DNA of 63,678 nucleotides, counting the filler, from an uncultured Methanosarcinales archaeon (GTDB lineage: Archaea > Nanobdellota > Nanobdellia > Woesearchaeales > CAYZNE01): the NCBI GenBank assembly GCA_964405295.1. It is 14 parts of 14 records of this genome, joined end to end, with 100 filler letters (N's around TTAATTAATTAA, not from the genome) between each part and the next. Parts side by side here need not be neighbours in the genome. Positions count along the whole stretch, not along the records: positions 24,753 to 29,261 come from CAYONI010000047.1; positions 29,362 to 33,851 come from CAYONI010000048.1; positions 33,952 to 38,353 come from CAYONI010000049.1; positions 38,454 to 42,760 come from CAYONI010000050.1; 10 more parts are not named here. One strand, given 5' to 3'. Positions 28,123-38,454 of the stretch are shown here, piece by piece. The number at the start of each line of letters is the position of its first letter. Position 1 is the stretch's first letter. Under the pieces are notes generated by a model that did no database searches, was not told where the DNA came from, and saw nothing but the letters and a program-made list of their open reading frames with translations. Position numbers and translations under genes: made by a program.

Positions 28123-28554
28123 TCATACTAACTCCCTACCATCTTCAGCTCTATAGTCATTGATTTTTCCAATAGGAATTATTGCTGTATTAAACAATAT
28201 TCCTTTTTTAGCCATATCTCTCATAAAACTTCCTTCTGGTACACGATCTAAGTCTTTATCAATTGGTTTGATTCCTTTAAAGAACCTTCTAAAGTATCGA
28301 ATATATTTTTGGAATTTAGCGTGGAGTTGTTGTGTTGTGTCCAGTTGTGGATTTTCATCAATTTTGTATCTCGCCATTGATTTAATATCCGCAACAACTT
28401 CATCATATCCACATTCATTAAAACCAAAGTGAAGGAGTTTTATTTCCCTAACTCTAACTTTACATTTTCCGTTAGTATATTCTTTACCGTTGAAATTTTC
28501 TATAAACTTATGCAAACCTTCTGAAAATCCCTCTGCAATCGCTATTATATGCAT
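28123..28554 (-). CDS. Viral hypothetical protein
   Basis: Packed co-oriented ORF. Confidence 0.6.
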   Translation of the reverse strand: MHIIAIAEGFSEGLHKFIENFNGKEYTNGKCKVRVREIKLLHFGFNECGYDEVVADIKSMARYKIDENPQLDTTQQLHAKFQKYIRYFRRFFKGIKPIDKDLDRVPEGSFMRDMAKKGILFNTAIIPIGKINDYRAEDGRELV

Positions 28555-28556
28555 TG

Positions 28557-28850
28557 TTACTTACCCCAAACCAAATATACTCTCTTAACATCTGAATTTG
28601 ATGTTCCACCTAAAGTGATTGTTAAAACTCCTGAACTTACTTCTGTTGTTGGTGCTTCTTCTGTAACAATACTATCTGCAGTATCATGTGATTGTCCTAA
28701 AATTCCTAAGAATGTAGACATTCCATAATTTGCTAAAGTAATTTTTACAGTGTCTGCTGTATCAGCTGTTGCCGGTGTTTCTACCATTATACATTTTCTA
28801 CCTAAAGCTGGTATTTGATCTGTTATTGTACTTGTTGTTATTTCTGCCAT
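28557..28850 (-). CDS. Small Thr-rich virion (decoration-like) protein
   Basis: Beta-rich, Thr/Ala-rich; GGAGGT RBS. Confidence 0.55.
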   Translation of the reverse strand: MAEITTSTITDQIPALGRKCIMVETPATADTADTVKITLANYGMSTFLGILGQSHDTADSIVTEEAPTTEVSSGVLTITLGGTSNSDVKRVYLVWGK

Positions 28851-28892
28851 ATTTTTACCTCCTGTTTGAATTTAATTGTGTTTTCCATAATC

Positions 28893-29159
28893 TTATTTAA
28901 AGATTATAAAGCCGCTTGCTGCAGTAGCTGTAGCACCTGTTAAAGTCAATATATTGGTTGAAATAGTGACTGGGTCTGCTATTCCGTCTGCATCCGTTAC
29001 AAGGAATGCAGCCAAAACTGTATTTGCATTCTTAACAGTCCATGTATCATTTTGTGCAGCTTTTGCTCCACTATCTACAAATCCAATTTTTATACCAGCG
29101 TTTGTAGCTCCACCTAGTTCTGCTAATCTTCCTGCTGTGACATTTGTGTTTGTTGCCAT
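28893..29159 (-). CDS. Small Ala/Thr-rich virion (decoration-like) protein
   Basis: Resembles its neighbour (ILTLTG versus VLTITLGG). Confidence 0.55.
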   Translation of the reverse strand: MATNTNVTAGRLAELGGATNAGIKIGFVDSGAKAAQNDTWTVKNANTVLAAFLVTDADGIADPVTISTNILTLTGATATAASGFIIFK

Positions 29160-29656
29160 TTTTTTGGGTTTCTCCTGTATTTAATTTGGTTTGTCTCGTC
29201 TTTTCCTTGACTTACCCGGAATCCGAGTAAAAAAATTTAAAAAATAAAAATAAATAAATTANNNNNNNNNNNNNNNNNNNNNNNNNNNNNNNNNNNNNNN
29301 NNNNNTTAATTAATTAANNNNNNNNNNNNNNNNNNNNNNNNNNNNNNNNNNNNNNNNNNNNAGCAATATTGCAATTAGCTAAATATATTCTACACTTATA
29401 GTAAGTTACAACGTCCTAGAGGTTATGTCATGATGATCTTGCCTCTCTACATTCTTACTAAACACGAATAAAGTCGTTCGTCACCTACCAACAAAACCCC
29501 TACCCCACTGTTAGTCAAATCCTGGAAAGAAATCTGTTCATTTTCCCATACCTATCTACACCATACAGTTCCAAAGGAGCCGTATTATGCAGTCGGTTTG
29601 GAACTCATCTGACAAGATTCAGATGAGAATGAATAAAACAAAAGGGATAAATAGTA

Positions 29657-30333
29657 TGAAAAAAATTATTCTGCTATGCCTCACTCTTTCTTTTCTGATT
29701 ATCACCATGCCATCATGCACAATGGAAAACGGTACAGGAGATCCTGTAGAGATTACCCAAAATCCAAAAAACTTGCTTTCTCTCGAAAAAAGTGATTATT
29801 CATTTTCTAGAAGAGAAGTGTACATGACTTTCACTATGCCTCGAGATTTTGGAGCGACTGGCTATACGCTCCAATTCAGCCACTCAAATGCCCCTTATAA
29901 TTTTCAAACTGTAATGAGTGGAACAGCCCCCTACACTACTACTGAACCACTAGCAAGCGGCTATAGTGTAGCGGTTCCTTCATCACATACCGATGGTTAC
30001 TTTAGACTTCTTATCATTGGTGGTGAGTATTCAAATATAGTATATGCAACCCAATGTGCAGTTAATGTTAATATTACCTGGAGTTTGGATTATTCAATGG
30101 CACACACGGGAATAATATCCCCTCATGTTGGCTTTGGAATTGTAGCTCTCTTTACAGTGAGTCCAGATGATGTGGATGATACAATGCTCAATTCTCTGAC
30201 CTACAAATGGTTTAGGGTAAATCCAAATGATTTCGAAGATATTGAGGAAATCGTTGGACAAACAGACCTTTCCTATACTACGCAACTTGCTGATGTTGAT
30301 CATTGCATTCTGGTTGTAGCTACAGGATGGTAA
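29657..30333 (+). pseudogene. Lipoprotein truncated by IS21
   Basis: MKKIILL...MPSC lipobox-like signal; the stop codon is supplied by the IS left end. Confidence 0.7.
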
Positions 30334-30441
30334 ATCCGGTCAGATTCATCACCAGAATCCGGGAATTTTTCATCACTGAAATCCGCTAATTTCTCATCAC
30401 CTTCAGCTATCATGTTCAATAATCACTTGGAAAAATAACCA

Positions 30442-32061
30442 GTGAACAATGAAGATGGAGGTAAGAATATGATTTCCTACAAAGCTGTCCTAGATTTGAG
30501 TTTGCAAGGTCTCAACAACTCTCAAATCAAGGGAAAACTGGGTTGTGACCGGAATACCATCCGTTCAATCATCGAGAAGGCGACCATGATGGGGCTTTAT
30601 CCCAAGGGTTGGGAGAGTGTGTCTGACGAACAGCTCAAGAAGCTGCTAAAGAAGAAGACAAAGCCAAAAGCTGAATATCTCGAACCTGACTATGAATGGA
30701 TACACAAGGAGCTCTGTGACCCTACGGTTACAGTGAATCTTCTATGGGAAGAGTATCAGCAAGCTGCAAATGCAGAGGGTAAAGAGGCCTATAGCAGAAC
30801 CCAGTTCTTTGACAAGTACACAGTTTTCGCCAATGTTGTAAAATGCGGTGCACACATCAAAAGGAGGCCTGCTGATTCGCTCGAGCTGGATTTTGCAGGG
30901 GATCTGCTGCATATCGTCGACCCACTCCTATACACCCGAAGATCAGTAGTGCTGTTTGTGGCTACCCTGTCATTTAGCAAACTGTTGTATGTGGAGGCAA
31001 TAGACCGACAATCAGCTGTATGCTTCACTTATGCCACAATGAATGCAATGGAGTGGCATGGTGGTGTCTGCCGTATTTTGATCCCTGACAACACACGCGC
31101 CGCGGTAATCATCGCCAGCAAGAAGGACCTTGCCGTCCTTAACGAGATGTTCCGGGAGATGGGGGAGCATTATGGGATAACTGTAGTCCCCGCACCCCCG
31201 AGAACCCCAAAGGCTAAACCAAACGTTGAGTCAGGGGTAAATGACGCCTACCATAGGATCCTTGCCCCGCTTCGCCATTGCACGTTCTATTCGATTGATG
31301 ATTTGAATGATGCGCTGTGGAAACAATGTGAAATCTTCAACAATGAGAACTTCAAGGAATTCAAGGGATGGTCACGCAGAAGTCTCTTCGAGGCTGAGGA
31401 ACGGGAACAATTGTCGCAGCTGCCACCCTTCAGGTTTGAGGTCCGAGAGAAGGCAACTGCGACAGTCAGGGAAAACTGTCACGCCAAGTGCAAACTTGAC
31501 GAATACTACTACAGTGTACCCCACAAATGGATTACAAAAACAGTGGTTCTAAAGCTGGGGGCAAAAGATGTGAAGATATTCTCAGAATTTGGCGAGTTCA
31601 TATATTGTCATCTGCGTGGTACATGCACGTATGACCGATATGTGACTGAACGAAGCCATCTGCCTTCCCATATACAACAATATGTCTATGCCAGTCCTGA
31701 AATGTTTCGGGATATGGCAATTGCCATTGGTGAAAATACCTACCAGGTTATAGATAGGTTATTTGTCATTGCAGAACGCAATGACAGGGCTCCTGAAGTG
31801 GAGTATCAAACTGCAAGAAGCATAATAAGCCTGGGAAAGAAAACCAAGAAGAATCAATGGTTTTCTCCTTATCTCCTTGAGGAAGCATGCAGGGCCCTGG
31901 TGGTTTTGCAACCCAACCCCTTTGTAAGGATAGCCTTCTCCCACATAAAGAATACGATGACCGACATTGCCGGTAGAACTAAATCTGCTGAAGTTTCTGC
32001 GTTCATCAAGCAAGGGAAGCCAGAATTGGACATGTTTGAATTATTGGGAGGAAAGCGATGA
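30442..32061 (+). CDS. istA: IS21 transposase
   Basis: ELDFAG, IPDNTR and KPNVE DDE motifs. Confidence 0.93.
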   Translation: MNNEDGGKNMISYKAVLDLSLQGLNNSQIKGKLGCDRNTIRSIIEKATMMGLYPKGWESVSDEQLKKLLKKKTKPKAEYLEPDYEWIHKELCDPTVTVNLLWEEYQQAANAEGKEAYSRTQFFDKYTVFANVVKCGAHIKRRPADSLELDFAGDLLHIVDPLLYTRRSVVLFVATLSFSKLLYVEAIDRQSAVCFTYATMNAMEWHGGVCRILIPDNTRAAVIIASKKDLAVLNEMFREMGEHYGITVVPAPPRTPKAKPNVESGVNDAYHRILAPLRHCTFYSIDDLNDALWKQCEIFNNENFKEFKGWSRRSLFEAEEREQLSQLPPFRFEVREKATATVRENCHAKCKLDEYYYSVPHKWITKTVVLKLGAKDVKIFSEFGEFIYCHLRGTCTYDRYVTERSHLPSHIQQYVYASPEMFRDMAIAIGENTYQVIDRLFVIAERNDRAPEVEYQTARSIISLGKKTKKNQWFSPYLLEEACRALVVLQPNPFVRIAFSHIKNTMTDIAGRTKSAEVSAFIKQGKPELDMFELLGGKR

Positions 32062-32801
32062 AATCCATAATGGGGACAGAAGAGCAGAGGATTGCCAGGG
32101 ATGAGTTCATCCTTGATGGCCTGAAAAAACTACGCCTTCCTGGTATCATCGGATATTATCAGGATATCCTTAGCGGCAATGTGGATGTGGTGGGCAAAGA
32201 TGTCGATGAGGTTTTTGAGGAGATGGTCGCCACCGAACTCCTTCGGCGGAAGGACAGCAAGACCCTAAAACTCATTCGGGAAGCGAAGCTATGGTTTCCT
32301 TCAGCTGGGCTTGAGGATTTGAAGGGAGCTAATGCAAAGATTCCTAAACAGAGCATATCCACCCTTTCCCGGTGTTCTTTCATAGAAGCTGGGGCTTTTG
32401 TGATCATTTTGGGCAAACCAAAAAGCGGAACGACGTATTTAGGCTGCGCACTTGGGGTTTCCTGCTGCAAGCTTAAGCATAAGACAAGATATATAAGGTA
32501 CTTCGATATGCTGCAGCAACTGATCAATGACCGGGGTAGCGACAGTATGGCCGAAACACTTGAACTTTACAGAACCATACCTTGTTTGATAATTGATGAT
32601 TGGATGAATGAAACGATGAGCTCGAACGAGCTCACATTGATGCGGGAGGTCATCGATTACCGCTCACGCAACGGAGGCACCATTCTGATAAGTCATACGC
32701 ATCCTGACAACTGGAAAGACCTGATAAATTCACAGACCAGCTATAGGCAATCATTTTTTCAGACCATGACCGATGGTTCGACTTTCATAGCGCTGACTTA
32801 A
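32058..32801 (+). CDS. istB: IS21 helper ATPase with degenerate Walker A
   Basis: GKPKSGTTYL and LIIDDW; ATGA overlap with istA. Confidence 0.88.
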   Translation: MKSIMGTEEQRIARDEFILDGLKKLRLPGIIGYYQDILSGNVDVVGKDVDEVFEEMVATELLRRKDSKTLKLIREAKLWFPSAGLEDLKGANAKIPKQSISTLSRCSFIEAGAFVIILGKPKSGTTYLGCALGVSCCKLKHKTRYIRYFDMLQQLINDRGSDSMAETLELYRTIPCLIIDDWMNETMSSNELTLMREVIDYRSRNGGTILISHTHPDNWKDLINSQTSYRQSFFQTMTDGSTFIALT

Positions 32802-32808
32802 GCATTTC

Positions 32809-32835
32809 AAGCGGTGACGTCATTCGTCACCGCTC
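32809..32835 (+). terminator. Stem-loop after istB
   Basis: AGCGGTGACG-TCATT-CGTCACCGCT. Confidence 0.6.
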
Positions 32836-33110
32836 TTAGAAACACTTTCTGTTTTGGTTCAAGTCTCTTTCTTTCTCAAATTAAATTGAGAATCCTATTC
32901 TCAAGCCAATTTTTCTAGAACAGGAATGCATTGTGTTTCTCGGTTCAGTTACTTTGGGGTGTCATAGAAAGATGCGTTTCGTAGCTACTATGAAATTGCT
33001 TGCCATGAAGTATGTATACCTCCATACCTGGGATGCCAGTGGGAACTTTCTACAGGCAGTACTATGAGAGTAAAGGGATAAGAACGGCTGATTCATTCAC
33101 TAAATCCAGA

Positions 33111-33247
33111 TATTCTCATATTTAATTTTGATAATGTGCACCAGAAAATATTTTCCCATTGGGATTTTTTCCCTTGGAATATGAAGCGTGAAGACCAATA
33201 CAGTCATCTGATTCAACTATTCTCATATTTAATTTTGATAATGTGCA
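33111..33247 (+). repeat. 30-bp direct repeat inside the IS
   Basis: TATTCTCATATTTAATTTTGATAATGTGCA at 33111 and 33218. Confidence 0.85.
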
Positions 33248-34132
33248 TCAAGAATTATTTTTTCTATTTGAATTTTCTTCCTTGGAAAAAGAAGCTTTGA
33301 TATAAATTATTATCCTGAAAATTAGGAATTTGGCAGAAAACCATTGATCTGAGGCACTAATAGAATTTTATTAGAATGTGGGGCTAAAGAGAACTAAAAT
33401 GGAATGATCAGTAGATTCATCCCAAAAAGCAGTTGTATTGACTTGGCAACTAAGAAAAGTACTAAGGGAACCCAAGGCTAGATGAACGCTTATCATGGGA
33501 TATCCAAAAAAGATTTTAGTGCCTATGGGACAGGTGAATGGAATGGAAGGAAGGGGTCATCATTCCTTTACTTCTTAAGGTGAAAATATAATGAAAGGCT
33601 GGAACCCTATTTTACAAGGAACCCAACCCTTATGCGATTATCATAATTGTGTGACATTGCCATTTTAGACCAGATTGACTTGGCGAATCTAACTCTAATC
33701 TACTGATGAAAAATTCCCGGATTCTGCTGATGAAAAATTATCGGATTTCAGTGATGAGAAAGACCGGATTTACCAACAGCTCCTTCTCCAATCTCAATTT
33801 TTAGGGGGTTGTTGTTTCCTGCTTCTGATTCCGTTATAGGATTCAGAACAGNNNNNNNNNNNNNNNNNNNNNNNNNNNNNNNNNNNNNNNNNNNNTTAAT
33901 TAATTAANNNNNNNNNNNNNNNNNNNNNNNNNNNNNNNNNNNNNNNNNNNNGATTTCCATAGAGAAGATATTTAATTGTAATGGAAAGAATTTTAACTAA
34001 TTTTTTTGTTTTATATTTTTTAAATTATTAATATAAAATAGATTTCTTTTATAGAATTAAACAAATGCTCAATCAATCAAAAAAGTTTACTTTTTGGTCA
34101 TTCAATAAAATTGAATAAATCGGAAAAAAGAA

Positions 34133-34294
34133 TTACTTTTTCTTAACAGGTCTCAATTGTTTTGATCCACATTTTCTACATGCGATTTTACCAAGAATAA
34201 CTTTCATATTTGGAGCTTTAAGTTTAGATTTACACTTCTTACAAACAAATACGTTCTTGAACAATCTTGCTTCTGCTTCTGGGAATTTTACCAT
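34133..34294 (-). CDS. rpl40e: 50S ribosomal protein L40e
   Basis: MVKFPEAEARLFKNVFVCKKC...CRKCGSKQLRPVKKK; 53 aa, below the ORF-track cutoff. Confidence 0.9.
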   Translation of the reverse strand: MVKFPEAEARLFKNVFVCKKCKSKLKAPNMKVILGKIACRKCGSKQLRPVKKK

Positions 34295-34296
34295 TT

Positions 34297-34710
34297 TTAT
34301 TCTGATTTAACTGACTTTATAACTTTTGCATCAAGTATGATTGCAAACATTATTGTGCAGCCATCAACAACCTCACTTTTTAATTCATCTGGTATTGTAA
34401 GATCAAATGTTTCATATGATTCTGTATCCATAACATTTGCTATATTTTCTGAAACAGTTAAAACCTGTGCACTTTTGTTTTCAATAACTGGTGCAGCAAT
34501 CTTATCGTGACCTGGCATGATAATATTTCTTTTTTTTCCATCAAGCATTCCAACTGCCATAAGATTAACTTTTGCATGGCCATGTTTTCCTGGTCTGGAA
34601 ACACTCATATCGCTAACTGTACACGCAACTCCATCAATCACAACAGACTTTCCTTTTTGTAGTGAACTAACACTGATCATTTTCACGTTCCCTTTAATCT
34701 CATCTGTCAT
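34297..34710 (-). CDS. eif5a: Translation factor aIF-5A
   Basis: SRPGKHGHAK hypusine-site motif. Confidence 0.95.
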   Translation of the reverse strand: MTDEIKGNVKMISVSSLQKGKSVVIDGVACTVSDMSVSRPGKHGHAKVNLMAVGMLDGKKRNIIMPGHDKIAAPVIENKSAQVLTVSENIANVMDTESYETFDLTIPDELKSEVVDGCTIMFAIILDAKVIKSVKSE

Positions 34711-34859
34711 AAACTTACCTCGTAACATATTTGAGGGATGGGGAATTATTTATAAATATTTTGCATTATTGCGTTTTTCTTGCTCTGTAGAGGGTTTATT
34801 TCTTATTATCACTTTGCAGTGACTTTGGTTTAGAAAAGTTTTTAAATGATTATTGGTTA

Positions 34860-36830
34860 ATGTGCTCTATGATAAAGAGGTTTGCATTCTTGAGTTTTGT
34901 ATTATTCTTCTTAGTTTGCTCTGTTGTTTTTGCTGGTCCTTTTCGTGATGTTGAAATTACAGTTCTTGATCCATATGGAAATGGTGTTGAAAACGCATAT
35001 ATTGAAATGCATGCTCTTCATAGTGATTATTATAATTATGAAGGGTTTACTGATGCTAGTGGAGAATTAGTTTTTGAGGATGTTGATGCACGAGTTTGGA
35101 TTCCTAAGAATAGTGGTGTTTATATGCGTGATGGTGGTTCTGGTGATGATCCTGGGTCTTATGCTGAAAGTGAGCAGACTGTTGAAACAAGTGGTAGTGT
35201 TCCTATTAAAGAAACTATGATTATTAATGATATTGAAGTAATCTCCAGCCGTATCCTTAGATATTGGCATATGTTTCAGAGAAGATTATTTTTTGATATT
35301 AGTCCTGGTCTTGGTTGTTCATATGATTTTATACCTTATACTTATAATGAAACACTTGATTTTAGATATAACCCTATTGAATTAGAGTTTGTTGTTAGTG
35401 ATGGTGTGCCAGTTGTTAATCTTCCTGAGCTTAGTGTTAATGAGTTGGATGATTCTTTAATTGTTTTAGATTTAGAAGATTTTATTGTTGATTATGATAC
35501 TGTTTTTGATGATCTAGTTATTAATTTAGAAGATGTTTCTTGGAGTTCTGTTGATGGTGATATTTTTATTGTTGATGACGAATTGATTGTTAACTTTTTT
35601 CCTGAGTTAGATTTGGTTTATCATCAGGATAATGAATTAAGTTTTACTGTTGTTGTTGATGATGGAGACAATGTTGTTTCTCAGGATTTAGTTTGGGATT
35701 ATTCTGCTGATTATCGTGCTTTGAAAGGAACTTTGGTTCGTATGTATAATTCAACTCCTTTATCTGATTATGATTTGTTTATTGATAATGATGTTGATAA
35801 TGTTCTTGTTGATGGTGAAGAGTTTATTGCATTTTTTGATTATTCTGTTGATGCTTTGATTAATGTTACTTCAACTGATTACTATTTGAGTGCTCGTGAG
35901 ATTCGATTAACTGAATTTGATGATGATGTTGATTTAGAATTTACAGTTGCCCCGGTGCAGATTGATCCAGAGTTGAATGATGATAGGCACGAATTGGCTT
36001 TTGATGAAACTTTTAGAGGCTTTGGTGGGACTCTTCGATATTATTCTCCTCCTTTGATTGTTATTTGTGATTATCCTTATTATGAAAATTATAATCCTAG
36101 TGCTGCAGAGGTTCAGTTGGCTGTTGATGCTGTTAATTGGTTAGATGAGTTTACTGATGATTTTTATGTTCCTGTTCAAGGAGAGAATTTATTGATTGTT
36201 AATACTTTTGCTGATTGTGATTATTATTACACTCATGTTAATACTTTGATGATTTATTGGGATCCTTCAATTCCTTTTGCTGGTGCTAACGGTGTTATCC
36301 CTTATGCTAATTATACTATGATGTTTAGTCATACAATAATTAGAGATTCTAATGTTCCATTTCCTGTTTATCTTCAGGAGGTTTTTCAGGCAATGGGGCC
36401 AACTGTAGATAATAATTATTTTAGTCCTAGCGTTTTTTGTGAAGATTGTGCAATGCCTTATGAGCCCACCATAATTGATTTAGAATGGGGCCATAGGCAT
36501 CATTCTCGTCAACCAAGAAACCAGTTTAATGATATTGATTATTATTTTGTTGATGGTTTTGAGCATGTTTTAGGTAGAAAGGTTTATTATGAAATCAGAG
36601 AATTTGAAGATGTTTTATATAATGGAGAAAAAAGGATTGCTAGTAAGTTATTAGGTTATTTGAAGAAAGGCCAGGATATGAAAGATTCTCGTGATCTAAT
36701 TAAGTTTGTTCCGGGGGGAGCAAAGATTATTGAAGCTCCAAGAATGAGAGATGAACTAAGAATTTATTCTAAGATTAAATCAAGTATAGATAAAGAAAAA
36801 ATAAATAAAATAGAAAAATTATTTAATTAA
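34860..36830 (+). CDS. Secreted acidic protein with Ig/carboxypeptidase-regulatory-like domains
   Basis: Signal peptide; VLDPYGNGVENAYI; Asp/Val-rich. Confidence 0.65.
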   Translation: MCSMIKRFAFLSFVLFFLVCSVVFAGPFRDVEITVLDPYGNGVENAYIEMHALHSDYYNYEGFTDASGELVFEDVDARVWIPKNSGVYMRDGGSGDDPGSYAESEQTVETSGSVPIKETMIINDIEVISSRILRYWHMFQRRLFFDISPGLGCSYDFIPYTYNETLDFRYNPIELEFVVSDGVPVVNLPELSVNELDDSLIVLDLEDFIVDYDTVFDDLVINLEDVSWSSVDGDIFIVDDELIVNFFPELDLVYHQDNELSFTVVVDDGDNVVSQDLVWDYSADYRALKGTLVRMYNSTPLSDYDLFIDNDVDNVLVDGEEFIAFFDYSVDALINVTSTDYYLSAREIRLTEFDDDVDLEFTVAPVQIDPELNDDRHELAFDETFRGFGGTLRYYSPPLIVICDYPYYENYNPSAAEVQLAVDAVNWLDEFTDDFYVPVQGENLLIVNTFADCDYYYTHVNTLMIYWDPSIPFAGANGVIPYANYTMMFSHTIIRDSNVPFPVYLQEVFQAMGPTVDNNYFSPSVFCEDCAMPYEPTIIDLEWGHRHHSRQPRNQFNDIDYYFVDGFEHVLGRKVYYEIREFEDVLYNGEKRIASKLLGYLKKGQDMKDSRDLIKFVPGGAKIIEAPRMRDELRIYSKIKSSIDKEKINKIEKLFN

Positions 36831-36838
36831 ATTTATTA

Positions 36839-37915
36839 TTATGGTGGTTCTGAGGATACTGATTCTAGCACATCAAATATATCACAAGGATAGTTTCCAA
36901 AGCCCCCATATTTATAGATATGCCAACAGCAACTTAAATCTGTTGACCAATCAACACAGCCTTCTTGAGTAAAATAATCTCTTTCATATAGTTCTTCTGG
37001 TGGAGTTGCAGGGTCTTCATGGTCAAAATCACATTCTTTTCCTAATCCAAATCCGCATTCAGCTGATGCTCTGCAAGTATATATCTCTGGTGGATTGCTT
37101 ATTAGGTCAGAGTATTCTCCTGATCTGCAGCATGCTCCTGCTTCGCCTTCTTGTTGTATGTCGTCTTTTCCAAAACTACAATATAACCATACTCCTAATT
37201 CATTATCCCATGCTAATCCTGGTTCTTCGCATCTTCCTGCCCAGAAGTCACCTATTGTTCCAGGTTGACAAAGAGTGGCTTGCTCTGGTTTGTAGCATAT
37301 ACTAATCATACTAACATTTTCAAATGTTTGGTTGCAATCCCAAATGTGACCGTTGTAGACGTTGTTACTGTCAATAAATTCAAGAGGAGTTATTTTCCCT
37401 GCACACTTGAAATTTTCTGGGCATCCTTGATCATTATACTCAATATCATTTGCAATTGGTACGTCTTTTGGTTGAACTGTTGAGTTCTCACCTTGTATTG
37501 CATGGCTTCCACCTGGTCTTTCTGATTCATAGGATCCTAGGTATTCTCCTGTGTTTAGAAATGTAAAGTTTCGTTCTCCAGCCCCTCCAAGTATTCCATT
37601 ACAGCACATTCTCCATGGATAATTAGCATTATCGTGTGCAGCTATGTGTGATCCACCTGAACTATTAAAGAATTCATCCCCAACTCTTAACATTGGTGTT
37701 GTGTTAACTGGGCAAGTATCGTTGTATATGAAGCAACCGTCAAGTTCTCCTCCCATAAGATTACTTTCATTTATGTCTTCAGTGTTAACGGCATATCCTG
37801 TTATTTTATTTGAATTGATGACAACACTTCCTGTTGCGCTATTGTTATTAAAATAAAAGCTACTAACACCAAGTAAGAAGATAAAGAAAATTGTTAAGAT
37901 ATAAATCCATTTCAT
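36839..37915 (-). CDS. Cys-rich membrane-anchored/secreted protein
   Basis: N-terminal TM, ITGYAV motif typical of Woese/Pacearchaeota surface proteins, many Cys. Confidence 0.7.
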   Translation of the reverse strand: MKWIYILTIFFIFLLGVSSFYFNNNSATGSVVINSNKITGYAVNTEDINESNLMGGELDGCFIYNDTCPVNTTPMLRVGDEFFNSSGGSHIAAHDNANYPWRMCCNGILGGAGERNFTFLNTGEYLGSYESERPGGSHAIQGENSTVQPKDVPIANDIEYNDQGCPENFKCAGKITPLEFIDSNNVYNGHIWDCNQTFENVSMISICYKPEQATLCQPGTIGDFWAGRCEEPGLAWDNELGVWLYCSFGKDDIQQEGEAGACCRSGEYSDLISNPPEIYTCRASAECGFGLGKECDFDHEDPATPPEELYERDYFTQEGCVDWSTDLSCCWHIYKYGGFGNYPCDIFDVLESVSSEPP

Positions 37916-38237
37916 AAGGTAAACCTCTATATACCACTTTTTTATTCTTATCGTTTAAAAATATTATCTTTTATATCATTGTTTTTCTTTAATTGTATTA
38001 CTGTGTTGTTTTTTGTTACTATTCTAGAATGGGAACGAAACAAAAGATTTATATAGTAGTTTTGATTTACAAATAATGTAAGATGTGAGAAGTAATACAG
38101 ACAAAATCCTATATTCTACTCACCTCTTTTTCCCGGGAAGCTCGCAATTCGTTGTGAGCTTCTTAGGGTTTTTATATTTTAATAAGAACTTTCTAACAAA
38201 AATATTTATAAAAGAGTAACTTCTCTTTTTAGAAAAC

Positions 38238-38309
38238 GCACTTGTGGTCTAATGGTTATGATCCGGGCCTTCCAAGCCCGTTATCCGGGTTCGAATCCCG
38301 GCGAGTGCA
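38238..38309 (+). tRNA. tRNA-Gly(TCC)
   Basis: GCACTTG/CGAGTGC acceptor, CGGGC-CTTCCAA-GCCCG anticodon arm, GGTTCGAATCC; no encoded CCA; TTTATAAA box upstream. Confidence 0.95.
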
Positions 38310-38454
38310 TGAGTACCACTAGTACCAAATCCGATGACATCATTGGGGTTGGGNNNNNNNNNNNNNNNNNNNNNNNNNNNNNNNNNNNNNNNNNNNNTTA
38401 ATTAATTAANNNNNNNNNNNNNNNNNNNNNNNNNNNNNNNNNNNNNNNNNNNNA

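Larger units (their letters stand above)
30328..33775 (+). mobile_element. IS21-family insertion sequence
   Basis: Terminal IR TGGTAAATCCGGTC/GACCGGATTTACCA, several subterminal TCATCA..AATCCG repeats, istA-istB. Confidence 0.92.
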
